A stretch of DNA of 63,641 nucleotides, the filler included, from Octopus bimaculoides (lineage: Eukaryota), in the NCBI RefSeq assembly GCF_001194135.2. It is 4 parts of 4 records of this genome, joined end to end, with 100 filler letters (N's around TTAATTAATTAA, not from the genome) between each part and the next. Parts side by side here need not be neighbours in the genome. Positions count along the whole stretch, not along the records: positions 15,800 to 42,799 come from NC_068983.1; 3 more parts are not named here. One strand, 5' to 3'. The position numbers and the translations under genes are program-made. A model generated the notes under the pieces. It made no database searches. It was given only the letters and a program-made list of their open reading frames with translations, and was not told the origin of the DNA. How positions within the stretch are numbered: position 1 is the first letter of the stretch; each line of letters opens with the position of its first letter. This document shows positions 25,701-39,554 of the stretch, in pieces.

Positions 25701-26494
25701 ATAAGTTCTAAATAGACAAATTATATCATTGTTTTGATGAAAACTGTTAATTGTTTGTAAAATTTAATATGTACTCAATGCATGTAAAGAAGTGTCAGTG
25801 TTGGGCCCAAGGCCCAATGAAGAACCCTCTGCAAGAGCTAGCTTAAAAGCCACCCAATAGGGTGGTTTTTAAGCTAGTATATATATGTATATATATGTAT
25901 ATNNNNNNNNNNNNNNNNNNNNNNNNNNNNNNNNNNNNNNNNNNNNNNNNNNNNNNNNNNNNNNNNNNNNNNNNNNNNNNNNNNNNNNNNNNNNNNNNNN
26001 NNNNNNNNNNNNNNNNNNNNNNNNNNNNNNNNNNNNNNNNNNNNNNNNNNNNNNNNNNNNNNNNNNNNNNNNNNNNNNNNNNNNNNNNNNNNNNNNNNNN
26101 NNNNNNNNNNNNNNNNNNNNNNNNNNNNNNNNNNNNNNNNNNNNNNNNNNNNNNNNNNNNNNNNNNNNNNNNNNNNNNNNNNNNNNNNNNNNNNNNNNNN
26201 NNNNNNNNNNNNNNNNNNNNNNNNNNNNNNNNNNNNNNNNNNNNNNNNNNNNNNNNNNNNNNNNNNNNNNNNNNNNNNNNNNNNNNNNNNNNNNNNNNNN
26301 NNNNNNNNNNNNNNNNNNNNNNNNNNNNNNNNNNNNNNNNNNNNNNNNNNNNNNNNNNNNNNNNNNNNNNNNNNNNNNNNNNNNNNNNNNNNNNNNNNNN
26401 NNNNNNNNNNNNNNNNNNNNNNNNNNNNNNNNNNNNNNNNNNNNNNNNNNNNNNNNNNNNNNNNNNNNNNNNNNNNNNNNNNNNNNNNNNNNNN

Positions 26495-26900
26495 CTACCT
26501 TCACTGAAGATTTTCGATAAAATATTGTTCCATTGAAACAAATCTCACCAGGCTTCTTTGATTGGCTTTTTTGTGTTCGGCATGGGATAATTTTCATAAA
26601 AGTAGCCATACCTTTTTCTCATCAGACCAACTTTTACACTCTTCTTTGAAGATTTCTTCATATCTACAAAAATATGCAGAGAAGGTAAAACCTTCTGGGT
26701 TGTATTTGAATTGTCCAATTGAGTTTGCTATGCTGTCTGGTGGGTACAAACCGGAAGTATTTTCAGACTTCTTCAACATTAATTCCAGCAACTGTTGGTT
26801 TTGTTATTGTTGCTGTTGTAGTTGCTGCTGCTGCTGCTGCTGTAGCTGCTGTTGTTGTTGCTGCTGTTGCTGTTGCAACTGTGCCACAGAGGCCAATAAG
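26495..26900 (-). mobile_element. Gypsy-like gag fragment with an N-terminal CAG/CAA poly-Q tract
   Basis: NSIGQFKYNPEGFTFSAYFCRYEEIFKEECKSWSDEKKVWLLL, then KKPGEICFNGTI after a frameshift; a typical Gypsy gag region. Confidence 0.7.
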
Positions 26901-27207
26901 TTCTCCATGTTAAACAATTTTTTCTTTGATTTCATAACAAAAAATATTTAAACAGCCAACACAAGCTTCAAACAACTCATCACCACTTTTATATCCTTGT
27001 ATTGGATGTATATAATTAACAAAGCAGTGGTGAAGAAAGTATATATACATGACACACTACTGTTACTATTACATGAGACTCAATGCTCTATATAACGGCT
27101 GACAGTAAACTGCTTACCAACCCGAACTTCCAATTGCTCAGTTCTTTAATTTATAACAATGAATTAGTCTACCTTTACACTTGGTGGGTGCTTGGAATCC
27201 TTCCACA

Positions 27208-27246
<39 letters not shown>

Positions 27247-27400
27247 CGACCATGGGATTGCACCTAGCAAGTTCCCCTCTGAGGCACAAGTCTATGCAAC
27301 TTCACTATATATATATGTGTGTATGTGTGTCTATATGTATATATGTCATAAGTATACATCTGACTGATGATTACCTAGATTTATAAATTACTATACTTAC

Positions 27401-27473
27401 AACCATACGAAGGTGTGACAGGTTCAGATCTCTGTTGAATAGGTGTAGGACTTCTCCAGGCTTGGTTTTCAAC
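27401..27473 (-). CDS. CCDC162-like exon: VENQAWRSPTPIQQRSEPVTPSYG
   Basis: CTTTTATTTTTAG acceptor, GTAAGT donor, 73 nt, phase 0 to 1. Confidence 0.7.
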
Positions 27474-27834
27474 CTAAAAATAAAAGACACAACTATAAAT
27501 GTGTTTTGTACATGCACACATATGCACACACACACACATTAATCAGAGTTTACAGTACCATAGATCTATCACAGCTGATTTTACCAGTTGGTTTTACAGA
27601 AGATATTATATAACTGGGCAATTATCTAATATTTGATAGCAGGTATGGTAATAATGTTGCAACTGCTCTCCGTTACTGGAGGTGAGGAAGTATCACATTC
27701 AATTTGTAGGTGTTGTGAAGCAGATGAAAGTTGCAGGAGATAATTGAGGGAATTATCAAGATTTATGTCACTTGGCCCCTCAACCAGCTTTGGTCTCTAG
27801 AGAGACCATGCTTTGGCAATACTGAGGTGGTGTA

Positions 27835-28030
27835 AGTCAGTGAGCTGGTAGAATTGTTAGCACACCAGGTAAAATGCTTATCAGCATTTTGCCTGTCTTT
27901 ACATTTGGAGTTCAAATTCTGCTGTGGTCGACTTTGCCTTTCATCTTTTCGGGGTTGATGAATTAAGTACCAGTGAAACACTGAGATCGATGTAATTGAC
28001 TTATTCTCTCCCCGCAAAATGCTGGCCTGT
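27835..28030 (+). mobile_element. tRNA-derived SINE (GAGCTGGCAGAA family)
   Basis: GTGAGCTGGTAGAATTGTTAGCAC...GAGTTCAAATTC...GTCGACTTTGCCTTTCATC. Related copies at ~35975-36165 (-), 41735-41880, 42525-42740, 62690-62890 and 63430-63590 (-). Confidence 0.7.
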
Positions 28031-28039
28031 ACCTAGATT

Positions 28040-28810
28040 TGAAATCAATATTGATGCAGGGTGGGGTAAATGGTTACACACTTGATAGGCTAAGGAAGGA
28101 CCTTGCCCACACCATGAATTTTCTTGGTCTCAAGATCACAATTGAAACCTTCCTGAAGATAGTTGATTTGCTTGATGTAACTTTGGACTTAGAATCTGGT
28201 ACCTATAGGCCATTTAGGGAGCCAAATGAGAGGCTGGCAACATTAACACAGCTTCCTGTCATCCAGCCACAGTGTTCTGGAACCTAGTGAAGGAGGTCAG
28301 CAGTAAAGAGATTTTCAGTGTTGTTGCCCCATACTATAATAAGTTTCTGACTGTCAGCCCAACCCTAACCTCACCAGGAGAAAATGCTACCAGAAAGTGT
28401 TGTGCTCTCTCTTCCCTAAGTGTGAAAACTTGTGTGGATAAGATCTTCCTTAGCTTAGTGAGTAAACACTTTCTTGAATGTATAGGCTTTGTAACATTTT
28501 TAATAGATACACTTTAAGAGATATATATTAGTGACAGAGGCAGCATTAATACCAAAATGTAACATTTATTTCCACTTAAGCATGTATGTTCAGTTAGAAC
28601 AAACTTTACTGTGGTAGATACCATAAGCGAAACTTTCATATAGGCTTTTGATACAAAATGCATGCTCATTTAAGAGTTTCTTTTAGCTGTGATAGATTCC
28701 CATCTGAGACAGAAGCAGGATGCTCATGCAGAATTAACACCACATGTCCCCTTCGTGGCCAGTGCAACATGGAAACAGTTGAATGGGAGGCAGAGGTAAT
28801 GTTACAAGCT
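28040..28810 (+). mobile_element. Penelope-like element remnant (RT C-terminus to endonuclease linker)
   Basis: LGLKITIETFLKIVDLLDVTLDLESGTYRPFREPN and CSCRINTTCPLRGQC. Confidence 0.75.
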
Positions 28811-28961
28811 AATGAACCACTTTTCATTTTTTTCAGTGCTATTGCTTCTGAGAATGAGAAGTTTACAACAACTATTTGAGATTTAAGTGATTTGGTCATG
28901 GACTGGTAAACCACTTAACTTCCCAAGGAAATATTTTAAATTTATACATAAATTTACTAAC

Positions 28962-29150
28962 CAAGGTGCGTAAAATATCAACTTTTTGAAATGCCATTTT
29001 CTTCAGAGTCCTCTCCTGTCTAAGTGATTTCTTTATATTGATTAGGCTTTTTTGAGATATTTGACTACTTCCTTCAGTCCAGTTGACAACACGGTTATAA
29101 CTTTCACCAAGAAGTTTCAGCTCATTATTTTTCTTTTTTAACTCCTGTTC
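28962..29150 (-). CDS. CCDC162-like exon: EQELKKKNNELKLL...KKSLRQERTLKKMAFQKVDILRTL
   Basis: CACTAACAG acceptor, GTTAGT donor, 189 nt open, phase 0 to 0. ERTLKKMAFQKVD resembles the ER.LKL.AFQRVD motif I recall from CCDC162. Confidence 0.8.
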
Positions 29151-29999
29151 CTGTTAGTGTGAATGAAAACAGTGCAGCAATAGTTTTGAGGGGAACAAAA
29201 ATTATAGAACACTTAGCAAAGACAATTGTTGCAGTTTTGAAGTTCAATTCTATTCTGTTTGCAATACATTTTCATCAAGTTTTACATTAATTGGATGCAT
29301 TTGTAAGCTGAGTTACTGTTATTACAACTTGAAAATTTTTTGACAATGGATTTCATCTGCTACACTAACTACATTTTGATCAGTTCAAATTTTGAGCAAA
29401 GCTAGGTACTCTATATATCCACATAAACATATTTCTATAATGTAAATATAAGATAACAGAAGAGAATCAATAATCCAACTGATCAAAACAGTGTGTAGCA
29501 GACAAATACAGAAATGATGAAATTATTATTAAAAAAAATTTTTATTATCAATCTTAATGTGATCCTTAGGGTAGAATTAAAATAATTACTGTCAAGCATA
29601 GTGTTTCAGGATGGTTGTACAAAGACATCAAATACAAGTGTATAGTTCTGATAATCAAACACACACACACATATGTTGCATACATATATCAGTCTAATGC
29701 TGGGGTGTTCGTAGCAGAGATGCATCAGCATTAGATTGATGTGCCTCTTCTGAAGGTCCAGTTTTATAAATCACACAATAAGGGTCTTTTACTGATTAGA
29801 AATTTTAGGAAAGTAAAAGTACTGCCCTTTGTGAATTGAGGAAAATCTAGTAAATCTGTCTTACTTTTAAACTAACTGTTCTGCTGGGTTAGAAGCTTTC
29901 TGCGATGGCATTTATTCTTGAAAATGGCAAAAGAACTTCCTCTGGAATAGTTCAAAACTTGGTCAAATACCTTGATCCCTTCTTTCTCTAAACTAATGA

Positions 30000-30035
30000 C
30001 CTATACTTTCTTCTTCTTTTTCTTCTTCTTCTTCT

Positions 30036-30087
<52 letters not shown>

Positions 30088-30090
30088 TTC
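30000..30090. repeat. (CTT)n-(CT)n microsatellite
   Basis: Directly visible. Confidence 0.9.
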
Positions 30091-30575
30091 ATTTCCAACC
30101 ATATTCATTTCTAACTTAATAAGGCCATCTTACACCCCCTTTAACTTTAGTACTTCTTTTATGATTACAAATTGTCCAGAAATGAGGTCATCCAAAACAT
30201 CCTACAATGAGGACTTCATATCATTCACTACGCAGCTAAAAGATGTCTGTAGATTTCACCAATACAAACATTTTACAAATCATAGTATCTGAAACTAATT
30301 AAAGTTAAATGTTATTGATAGACTTTCCCAAAGTTAAGTCCTTTAAATGGAAATCATCCAATCCTTCCTTTGAAAATTATAGTAGCTATCAAAATGAAAG
30401 CTGACTGATAGGAATCAAAACTTTTTTAAACAATGTCAGTTGTTGTGGTTCTGGTATACTTTTATCTGGCAGCGATGTGTCTTTTTATAACGTGTGTTAT
30501 AAAGAGGCATGTGTAGTTGTGTGATTAAAAAGCTTAATTCCCACCATTCATGTATCTTGGATTCAGTTCAACTGC

Positions 30576-30616
<41 letters not shown>

Positions 30617-30738
30617 ATATATAAAGTAGACTTACTTGCAAAAAAGGACGTGTGCGTTCAATAATGTAATAATACAAAGAATATATATACATGTATACAC
30701 ACATATATGTACATACTTACATCTACATGTGTATATAT

Positions 30739-31298
30739 ATGCATATCAGGGTACAGGACGTTAGAACAATGAACTACAGACGACGGAACGAACACATAGG
30801 AAAACGGAAAGCCACTTGGAATATTCCTTCATCAGCTGTCTCTATTNNNNNNNNNNNNNNNNNNNNNNNNNNNNNNNNNNNNNNNNNNNNNNNNNNNNNN
30901 NNNNNNNNNNNNNNNNNNNNNNNNNNNNNNNNNNNNNNNNNNNNNNNNNNNNNNNNNNNNNNNNNNNNNNNNNNNNNNNNNNNNNNNNNNNNNNNNNNNN
31001 NNNNNNNNNNNNNNNNNNNNNNNNNNNNNNNNNNNNNNNNNNNNNNNNNNNNNNNNNNNNNNNNNNNNNNNNNNNNNNNNNNNNNNNNNNNNNNNNNNNN
31101 NNNNNNNNNNCTGTGTAGTGGGTTGATCCACTACTCAGGAAGAGGCTATTCTAGAGTACGTTCTGTCTTATCTTCGAAACGTCAGGTTAGAATAGAGACA
31201 GCTGATGAAGGAATATTCCAAGTGGCTTTCCGTTTTCCTATGTGTTCGTTCCGTTGTCTGTAGTTCATTGTTCTAACGTCCTGTACCCTGATATGCAT
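30739..31298. repeat. 108-bp near-perfect inverted repeat around an N gap (Penelope-type terminal sequence)
   Basis: 30739-30846 is the reverse complement of 31191-31298 with about one mismatch; contains GCTGATGAAGG with CGAAACGTC nearby. Confidence 0.7.
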
Positions 31299-31364
31299 AT
31301 ATATACACATGTAGATGTAAGTATGTACATATATGTGTGTATACATGTATATATATTGTTTGTA

Positions 31365-31416
<52 letters not shown>

Positions 31417-31669
31417 CGTGTGTGTGTGCTCTTGTAAGTGAGCATTACTGCTATATAAATGATGTAGTTCATTTCCAGTCTTCCAGAGAGAGCATGATGT
31501 TTGGCTATGTGAAATTTTTTATCTTTCTTGGAAACATGCAAGCATGGAAAAGTGGATGATGAGGATGAAGATGAAGTGTGGAATGAAAACATGAAAGTGA
31601 AAATGAAATGGTAATTGCAAATCAAACTTCTATATTCCCTACCAAACAAATAAAAAAACTCATACTTAC

Positions 31670-31765
31670 CAGGTTATCTATCTGTTCCTGTTTGAATAGT
31701 TCTATATGGTGCTTGAACTGATTGTTCTGTTGTAACATGTACATATTCTCTTCCTTTTCATTTAG
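31670..31765 (-). CDS. CCDC162-like exon: LNEKEENMYMLQQNNQFKHHIELFKQEQIDNL
   Basis: TTAACTCTAG acceptor, GTAAGT donor, 96 nt, phase 0 to 0. Confidence 0.8.
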
Positions 31766-33875
31766 CTAGAGTTAATAAGAACATTTATCATTCTGCCTAG
31801 ACAAGACTATGTACAATTTATTTAAGGAAATTCCTAGAATGCAAAAATCACATTTAAGACATTATCACTGTAACTAAGAACTGTTAAAAGGTATTCCTAA
31901 TCACCTTAATCATTTGATCATTAAGTTAAGACTGATTAAAAGAATATATTTGTATATATGTTTTGTATGCAAACAAATGGATAGAGGTATGGTTGTTTGG
32001 TAAGAAGTTTGTTTTCTAACCACATGGTTCTGAGTTTAGTCCCACTAGGTGGCACCTTGGGCATGTGTCGTCTACTATAGCCTCAGTCCAACCAAAACCT
32101 TGTGGGTGGATTTGGTAGATGGAAACTGAAAGGAGCCCATTGTATATGTATGTGTGTGTGTCTTTGTGTTTGTCCCCAACCACTGCTTGATAACCTGTGT
32201 TGATGTGTTTATGTCCTCATAACTTAGCAGTTTGGCAAAAGAGTCCAATAGAATGAGTACCAGGCTTTACAAAAAAAATAATAAGTACTGGGGTTGGTTT
32301 GTTTGACTAAAAAATTCTTCAAGACAGTGTCCCAGCATGGCCACAGTCTGAAACAAGTAAAATATAAAATATGTAGCATGTACATCAGGTTATATTCGTG
32401 GCATATAGGTCAACAAATTGGCAGTTTATTTTTGCCAACAGCTATGTCAACACCACACAAGTTGGCATAAACAGACATGCCTATATCCTATATGATTACC
32501 TTTTAGATTAAATCATATGCTCAGATACGCAGACATTAAGAGAAATTCTTGTGTCATCACTTTTGGAGCAGTCTATTAGAGTGCCTACTTTATCAACAGA
32601 TGTGACTATCAACACTTCCTGGACTGATCAACTAATCCACTGACTTCATCAAAAGATGTGCTGATGTCATCATCATTTAGAAATGATTGTCAGACTTTAC
32701 AAGCACTACACCAGTCTATCATCACACTAATATTTCTACCAAGCATCAATAATACTCCTGTTACTTCATCAGTGGTCATGAAAACTAGATTGGGATGATC
32801 AGTACACTAGCCAGCTGGATTCTGTTGTGTGCAGTGGAAACATTCACCATTTCAAAAGCAGGTATTGATTTCTTTTCTTTTTTGTGGACAGTAATCTAAG
32901 AGGTAACTAATACAGTAAATACTGCATGTTGTTATAATCATGGGAGTCCAGTGCTTCAAAAAGTAGATTCACAAATTGGCAGTTTGCTTTTCTCAATAAC
33001 TGTCAAACAATAAAAACTTGGCATCAATAGGCTTTATTATAACATTAACTTTCAGGTCAATCAAGTGGCACAATAGCCATTCATCAATCCAGATACACTA
33101 GCAGCAGCAAAGATCTCCATGTCATCACCTTCTGGATTAATCAATTATTTCACTTACTTCATCAGCTGATGAAGTGCCATCACCATATAGACTAATGAAC
33201 AACTTAAACGGATGCTATATTAACAGGCATCTCTGTCACACAGAGAGGTTTAACAAGTAGAGATTAACTACCTTCATGTTTTTATCAGCAATCATTTCCT
33301 AGTTTGACAAATAGAAAGGAAAACAAGCACAACTCTACAGCCACACAGAGAAACAATACAACAACCTGGGCCTTTTCATAGCCAAATTTCCACTAATGAT
33401 ACAGTATGTATATTTTCTTCCCACACTGTACATATATACAAAACATACGCACACACAGATGCATGCATGCACGCACACACACACACTTTACACACATGCA
33501 TGCAAATGCATATACATATGTATATAATTTCTCCCCAAACATGGAGAACACTGTGTTCATCTTCATCTTAGTAACATTCTTTCAAGTTTATTTCTGACAT
33601 TCATTCTTTCTGTATTATTTCGGTGAATTGTTTTCTTGAGGTCACAATAGAAGCTTCCTATCATATATACTATTTATAATGACTAGAACAGCTTGTCATA
33701 GCTACAGAAGTTTATTAACCAGTAGAGAATGTAAATAAATCCCTGCAGTTTTGTTCACCATGCACTGAATGTATATTTTTCTACAGCACATAATAAATGA
33801 TAAAATATGAACACAACCCAGTACTCATTTTTCTTACTGCACGCTGTTTATTGATATCCAAACCCAGATATAATA

Positions 33876-35037
33876 TATTGGGGTAGCAAGAAAGTAATTT
33901 CAGTTTTTTAGTGTGAAATAAAAGTCATTTTTTCATACAAAGAATGAACTTTAATCAATTATATATTTTCCATTTTGTTTGATGACCTTTTGCCATCTTT
34001 CTGGCAACTTCATGATTCCACGCTCATAGAACTTCTGATCCTTATCAGCCAAACACTGAAGCAAGTGCGATTTCAGGTCATCATTATTATTGAAAGTTTT
34101 ACCATTCAAAGAATTTTGCAAACTTCAAAATAAATGGCCCTGATGGTGCAAGGTCAGAGCTATATGGTGGATGTGACATCACTTCCCAACCAAACAATAA
34201 TACTTTTTCACAAGTTAGCAAAGATATGTGTGGTCTATCGTTGTCATGGTGGAACACAATTCCTTTACAGCTTGCCAGTTCTGGCCATTTTTGTTTAATC
34301 GCTTCCTCCAGTTTCATTAGTTGTTGACAGTAAACATCTCAATTGATATTTGGTTCCTTGGAAGCAACTCAAAATACACAACACCCATGTAATCCCACCA
34401 AATTGACAGCATGACCTTTTTTTGAAGCAATTCAGCTTTCCATGTGGTTTGTGTTGGTTCATTACACTTGGACCATGATCGTTTTTGATTAATGTTTTTG
34501 TAGACAATCCATTTTTCATCACCAGTGATGATTCATTCCAAAAACAGGTTAATTTCATTGCATTTGAGATGCATATCGTAAATATTGATTCATTGTGTTA
34601 AGTGAATCCCTTTCAATTTATGTGGAACCCAAATATCAAGCTTCTTAAGTCCAAGACAGTTTAAGTGATTTTCAATTGCTGTGTGTGGTACAGTTAACCT
34701 CTCTGCAATCTTTCGCACAGTTATATGACAATCAGATTCAATTATGGCTTTGATTTGGTCAACATCAACTTTAGTAGGTCAAATAGAACAGCTTTTTTTG
34801 CCTTTATGGAAATAAAAAAGCAAAATATGGTGAAAATGTTTGTATTTGCACTCGATTTTAAAACTGACACTGAACTAACAACTGTAAACAAAATTGCGTG
34901 CAATTTGCTTCTAAAGTAAGTTAGAAGTAACGGCTATCAAATGTCAGAAGGAAAAAATCATAACATTGAAAAAAGTCATTCAAAAGCATTGTAACTCTAT
35001 CAGTGAAAAACGAAATTACTTTCTTGCCAACCCAATA
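33876..35037 (-). mobile_element. Near full-length degenerate mariner transposon
   Basis: ~30-bp TIRs (TATTGGGGTAGCAAGAAAGTAATTTC and GAAATTACTTTCTTGCCAACCCAATA) ending in TA. Transposase motifs include HHDNDRPH and HPPYSSDLAPS; many stops and frameshifts. Confidence 0.9.
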
Positions 35038-35109
35038 AAAATCTGTTTATAGAAACCTCCTTTTGAAGAAAACTTAATAATAATGATTTATAATACACAA
35101 AATTCTTAC

Positions 35110-35280
35110 CTCTGCATTGAGTTGATTTTTGACTGAAGAACATTCTTTGACTAAAATGGATAATTCTTTCCTGAGAACAATTAATTGTTGTTTTAATAGT
35201 CTTGATTCTTCAGATGTTATTAGCTTTAATTCAACATTTGTTTTCTTTAGGCTTTCCACTTCTTTCATTAGGGAATTTAT
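35110..35280 (-). CDS. CCDC162-like exon: INSLMKEVESLKKTNVELK...KECSSVKNQLNAE
   Basis: TTTATTGAAG acceptor, GTAAGA donor, 171 nt, phase 0 to 0, heptad-rich. Confidence 0.8.
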
Positions 35281-36224
35281 CTTCAATAAATAAAATGCAA
35301 TCATTCATCCTCAAATATAAAAAGTAAAGGCCTCCTTTGGTCATGAATGACCATGGGATTGCACCTAGAAAGTCTGGAGCATGCTAGCTTTGAAATAGTA
35401 GTGAAATCTCCTTCTAATAATACACTAACATCATAAAAATGAAATGTTTCACTGGATAATGTAGTCTTAAGGACACTCTGAAACAATGATGGGTTGATCA
35501 GGATGATTACAGCTGGAATATCTTTGACCATTGGTCTGTTTTATGATTGAGCAGGTGCTCAACCATTATAAACACATATTGATCATCAGAAAATATTCCA
35601 ACAGACTATTATTTTCAACAGTGGTACAGATAATTTGTTACCTGGTCTAACACCACCACTCGGTCCTTAGATCCCTTTAGCAGAGTCCACTCTGCTTTAA
35701 ACATTTGGGTCAAGTCTCTGATCTGAAAATAATTTCTTCCTCGTTCTTTCCCTTGTGTTGTTTTTGGGATGACTAACCACTGAAAAGTGTACATTTGTAT
35801 ATGTGAGTAGACACATAAATGTGCAAGCATGTGTTTCTTCATCTACATAGCTATGTTATGTATGTGGTCTCTGTATCAGTTGCCAAAAGAGAAAAGCCTT
35901 ATACACAGGTAAAAAATCAACCCAAACCCATCAAACTTGGTAGATAAAATATTAGTTTCAAATTTTTGGCACAAGACTAGCAATTCTGGGGGAGAGGTTA
36001 AGTCAATTACATCAACCCCAGTGCTCAACTGGTAGTTATTTTATTGATCCTGAAAGAATGAAAGGCAAAGTTGACTTCAGCAGAATTTGAACTCAGAACA
36101 TAAAAATGAATGAAATGCTGCTAAGCATTTTGTTTGGCACACTAATAATTCTGCCAGTTTGTTGCCTTCTTGGTGGACAAAATATTAAATTTTTCAATTC
36201 TTTTATATACCTAAACAGTAACAC

Positions 36225-36790
36225 TGGCAAAAATGGAAACGTAGAAATTGATGTCAAGACTAGACTTGGTACAGCAATGGCAGCCTTCCAATGATTAAGA
36301 CTCATATGGTTCTGCTCTTCCATTCATCAAAATATTAGACTTTGTCTACATGCATCTATTGTCATTCCTACAGCATTGAAGGCAAATGAAATGTGGAAAT
36401 AGATGGACAGGATTTGTAAAATGGTGAATGTTTTTCATTGCCAGTGCCTTAGAAGTATTCTGAAGCTAACCTAGCCTGACCACATCACAAACAATGAAAT
36501 CATGAAAAGAGTTGGCCTAACTAAAGTGCAAGACACCAGCACAGCTAGATGAAGGAAGCTGCTTGACCATGTATTGCATTTAACATTGGAAAGACCAGCA
36601 AGGACAGCCATGAGGACAGTTAAAGAAGGAAGGAGAAAGAGAGGCAGGCTGACAAAGATATAGCAAGGGATTGTGCAGGAAGAATTGACTGAGATGGGTG
36701 TTACCTGGGAAGAGGGATGCAGATTGGTCCAGAATGGCACTGCTTAGAGAACCCACATCACTCAATGCTCTTTGAGCAAATGGAGATAAT
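36225..36790 (+). mobile_element. RTE-clade LINE 3' ORF remnant (second family)
   Basis: DVKTRLGTAMAAF...FHCQCLRSILK...DHITNNEI...RKRGR; many stops. Confidence 0.7.
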
Positions 36791-37318
36791 ATTATCAACA
36801 TAAGTGTCTTAACTACTTAATATTGCTTTCTTTTCTTCAAACTTGTACAAAAGAGAAATTCACTGTTGTTACATTTGTACAACAAAACTGAAATTGCATT
36901 ATTAGAAACAGCCATTCTAACTACATTAGCAGCATTGGGAGTAATTATACATATTACAATAGACACAGGCATGGCACCTTGGACAAGTGTCTTCTGCTAC
37001 AGCCTCAAGCCAACCAAAGCCTTGTGAGTGGATTTAGTTGACAGAAACTGAAAGAAGTCTGTCATGCATGTGTGTATATATCTGTGTGTGTTTTGGTGCT
37101 TGTGTTTCAGCAGTTCAGCAAACGCAACCAATAGAATAAGTACCAGGCTTAAAGAAATGTACAGAGGTCGATTTGTTTGACTGAAAATTCTTCAAGGCAG
37201 TGCCCCAGCATTACCACATTCTAATGACTGAAACAAGTAAAAGATAAATGATAATAATGATGATGATGGTAATGTTGATCAAATAAATGAATGAATGGAG
37301 AGATGAATGAATACTAAC

Positions 37319-37467
37319 TGCCTTCATATAATTAGCTTGATTAAAGTTCCGATGCCAGATGTTGATTGACCTTAGTTTCAAAATTAACAAGTTGAGTTGG
37401 TAATTTTCAGCCTGTAGTTCATGTATTTCTTCTGCCTGTTGCAACTTCTTCTGCAATTCAGATTGAC
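37319..37467 (-). CDS. CCDC162-like exon: QSELQKKLQQAEEIHELQAENYQLNLLILKLRSINIWHRNFNQANYMKA
   Basis: TCTGCTTCTAG acceptor, GTTAGT donor, 149 nt, phase 1 to 0. Confidence 0.78.
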
Positions 37468-37899
37468 CTAGAAGCAGATTTATTGATGTCAACAAACAGA
37501 GCATCAAAATTTCAAGCAAAATACAAACATTATTTTTATGTTAAGAAATCAGATATAGTTAATAAAAAATATCTGTGATTTGGAATACTTGCAACTCTGT
37601 TTCAAATTGAATGAAAATAGTCTCATCAATATAAGATATGTGTGGTGGTGCATGGCTTAGTAGTTAGGGTGTTGAATTCATAATCGTGAGATTGTGGTTT
37701 CAATTCCTAGACCAGGTGGTACAATGTGTTCTTGAGCAAAAAACACTCCATCTCATGTTGCTCTGCAATCATCCAACACCTGTTCAGGCAATATCGATTT
37801 GATTGAGGGAGTGAGCTAATGTAAGGCACATACATCTGATCACTATAAAAACAAATCATTTGTGCAGGTTGTTTGGTAAAAAAGCTGAACACTCAAATG

Positions 37900-39395
37900 T
37901 CATCTTTGACGAGAGATGGGAAAGCGAAATCATGAAGGCACCTGTGCCCAGTGTTGCCTTTCTGGCACTTGTGCTCGCGGCATGTGTAAGGACTTTCGAG
38001 AGAGATCTTTGCCAGTGCCCCTGGACTGGCTCTTGTGTGGGTGGCACATAAAATACACCATTTGAGCGTGGATGTTGCCAGTACCGCCTGACTGGCCTTT
38101 GTACCGGGTTGGACGGTTTGACATGGAACTGGCCAGCTGGGAAGCTGTTCAAACACCGACTGTCTGTTGTAGCATAGTTTCTATGGCCAGACGTCTCTCC
38201 TAATGCCAACCACTTTAACTGAGTCTGCTGTCTGCTTTGTACATGCCACTGGCATGGGTGCATTTATGCAGCACTGGCATGGATGCTTTTGATGTGGCAC
38301 TGGCACCCGGAAGGACAAGCCTGCATGTATAGAAGACAGCAATTTTACCTAGCTTGACATGTCTTATCAAGTACAGCAAATCACAATCCCTGGTTCCTTG
38401 TAATTTCCTCAGTGAGGTCCAGCATTCAAGGATCCTTTCTCACCAATTTGTTCCACGTCTTCCTGGATCTACCCCTTCCACAGGTTCCTTCCACAATTAG
38501 AGCTCAGCACATATTTACACAGCTGTCCTCATCCATGTGCATTACATGACCAAACCAGCACAGTCTTCTCTTTTGCACACAACATCTGATGCCTCTTATA
38601 CCCAGTTTTCCTCTTAAATCATTTACACTCTGTCCTGCATGCATACTGACATTATCCATCCAGTGGAGCATGCTAGCTTCATTTGTATCGAGCCTCTGCA
38701 AGTCTTCTGTAGTCAAAGCCCATGTTTCACTGCCATGTAGCATAGCTGTATGTACACAAGCATCATACAATCTGCCTTTCACTCTGTGGGAGAGGCTCTT
38801 AGTTATCAAAAAAGGTAGAAGCTCTCTGAACTTTGTCCAGCCCATTCTTATTCTAACAACTTTCAGAACTTCCTCCACCACTGCTAACTAGGTCTCCTAG
38901 TTAGCAGTGATCACCCTCAGCAATTGAGGGATCTATTGTCTGTGCATTTTCAGTGCTTATTGTACCTGCACATTTGTCAAACACGAAGACTATATTTTCT
39001 GTTAACATTCCTGTGATACCGCTACATCACTTATGTGTCCAAAGCTTGCATTGGGTACAATGTATGGAGCTTCTCCCAACACCTTTCTTACATACTGAGC
39101 AGGGCCATCTCCCTGAAGAGACTTGTGATTTGTCTGTTTTCCTACTTACTAGGACTTTGGTTTTTGATAAACTAACCCTAAGGCCCATTGATTCCAGGTC
39201 TTGCTTCCACACCTAAAATTTCTTCTCTAGGTCAGGTAGTGATTCAGCTATAAGGACAAAGTCATCAGCGTAGAGGAATTCTCATACACTAAAGGACTCT
39301 GATACACTAAATTCATTGCTATACACAGTGCCAACTTTCATTTTACTGACGACATACCTACATGGCTTGTACAGCTCTCACCAACCACTCATTTA
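37900..39395 (-). mobile_element. RTE-clade LINE, RT domain to 3' UTR (degenerate)
   Basis: LYADDFVLIAES at ~39250-39285, WKQDLESMGLRVSLSKTKVL, KGRLYDACVHTAMLHGSETW and RRLCWFGHVMHM. Confidence 0.88.
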
Positions 39396-39554
39396 TGTAG
39401 TCAATCTGGCTCGTGTGGCCACCAGACTAATAGGTTATCAGGTGATTGGCTGGCTTTCTGAAGTTGGTATTGCAGATCTTAGAAATTATGACAGAAGTCC
39501 AGTAGCCTTGTTCTCTCCTCATTACAAGAGCCAATTTCATGGTCACCATGTACA

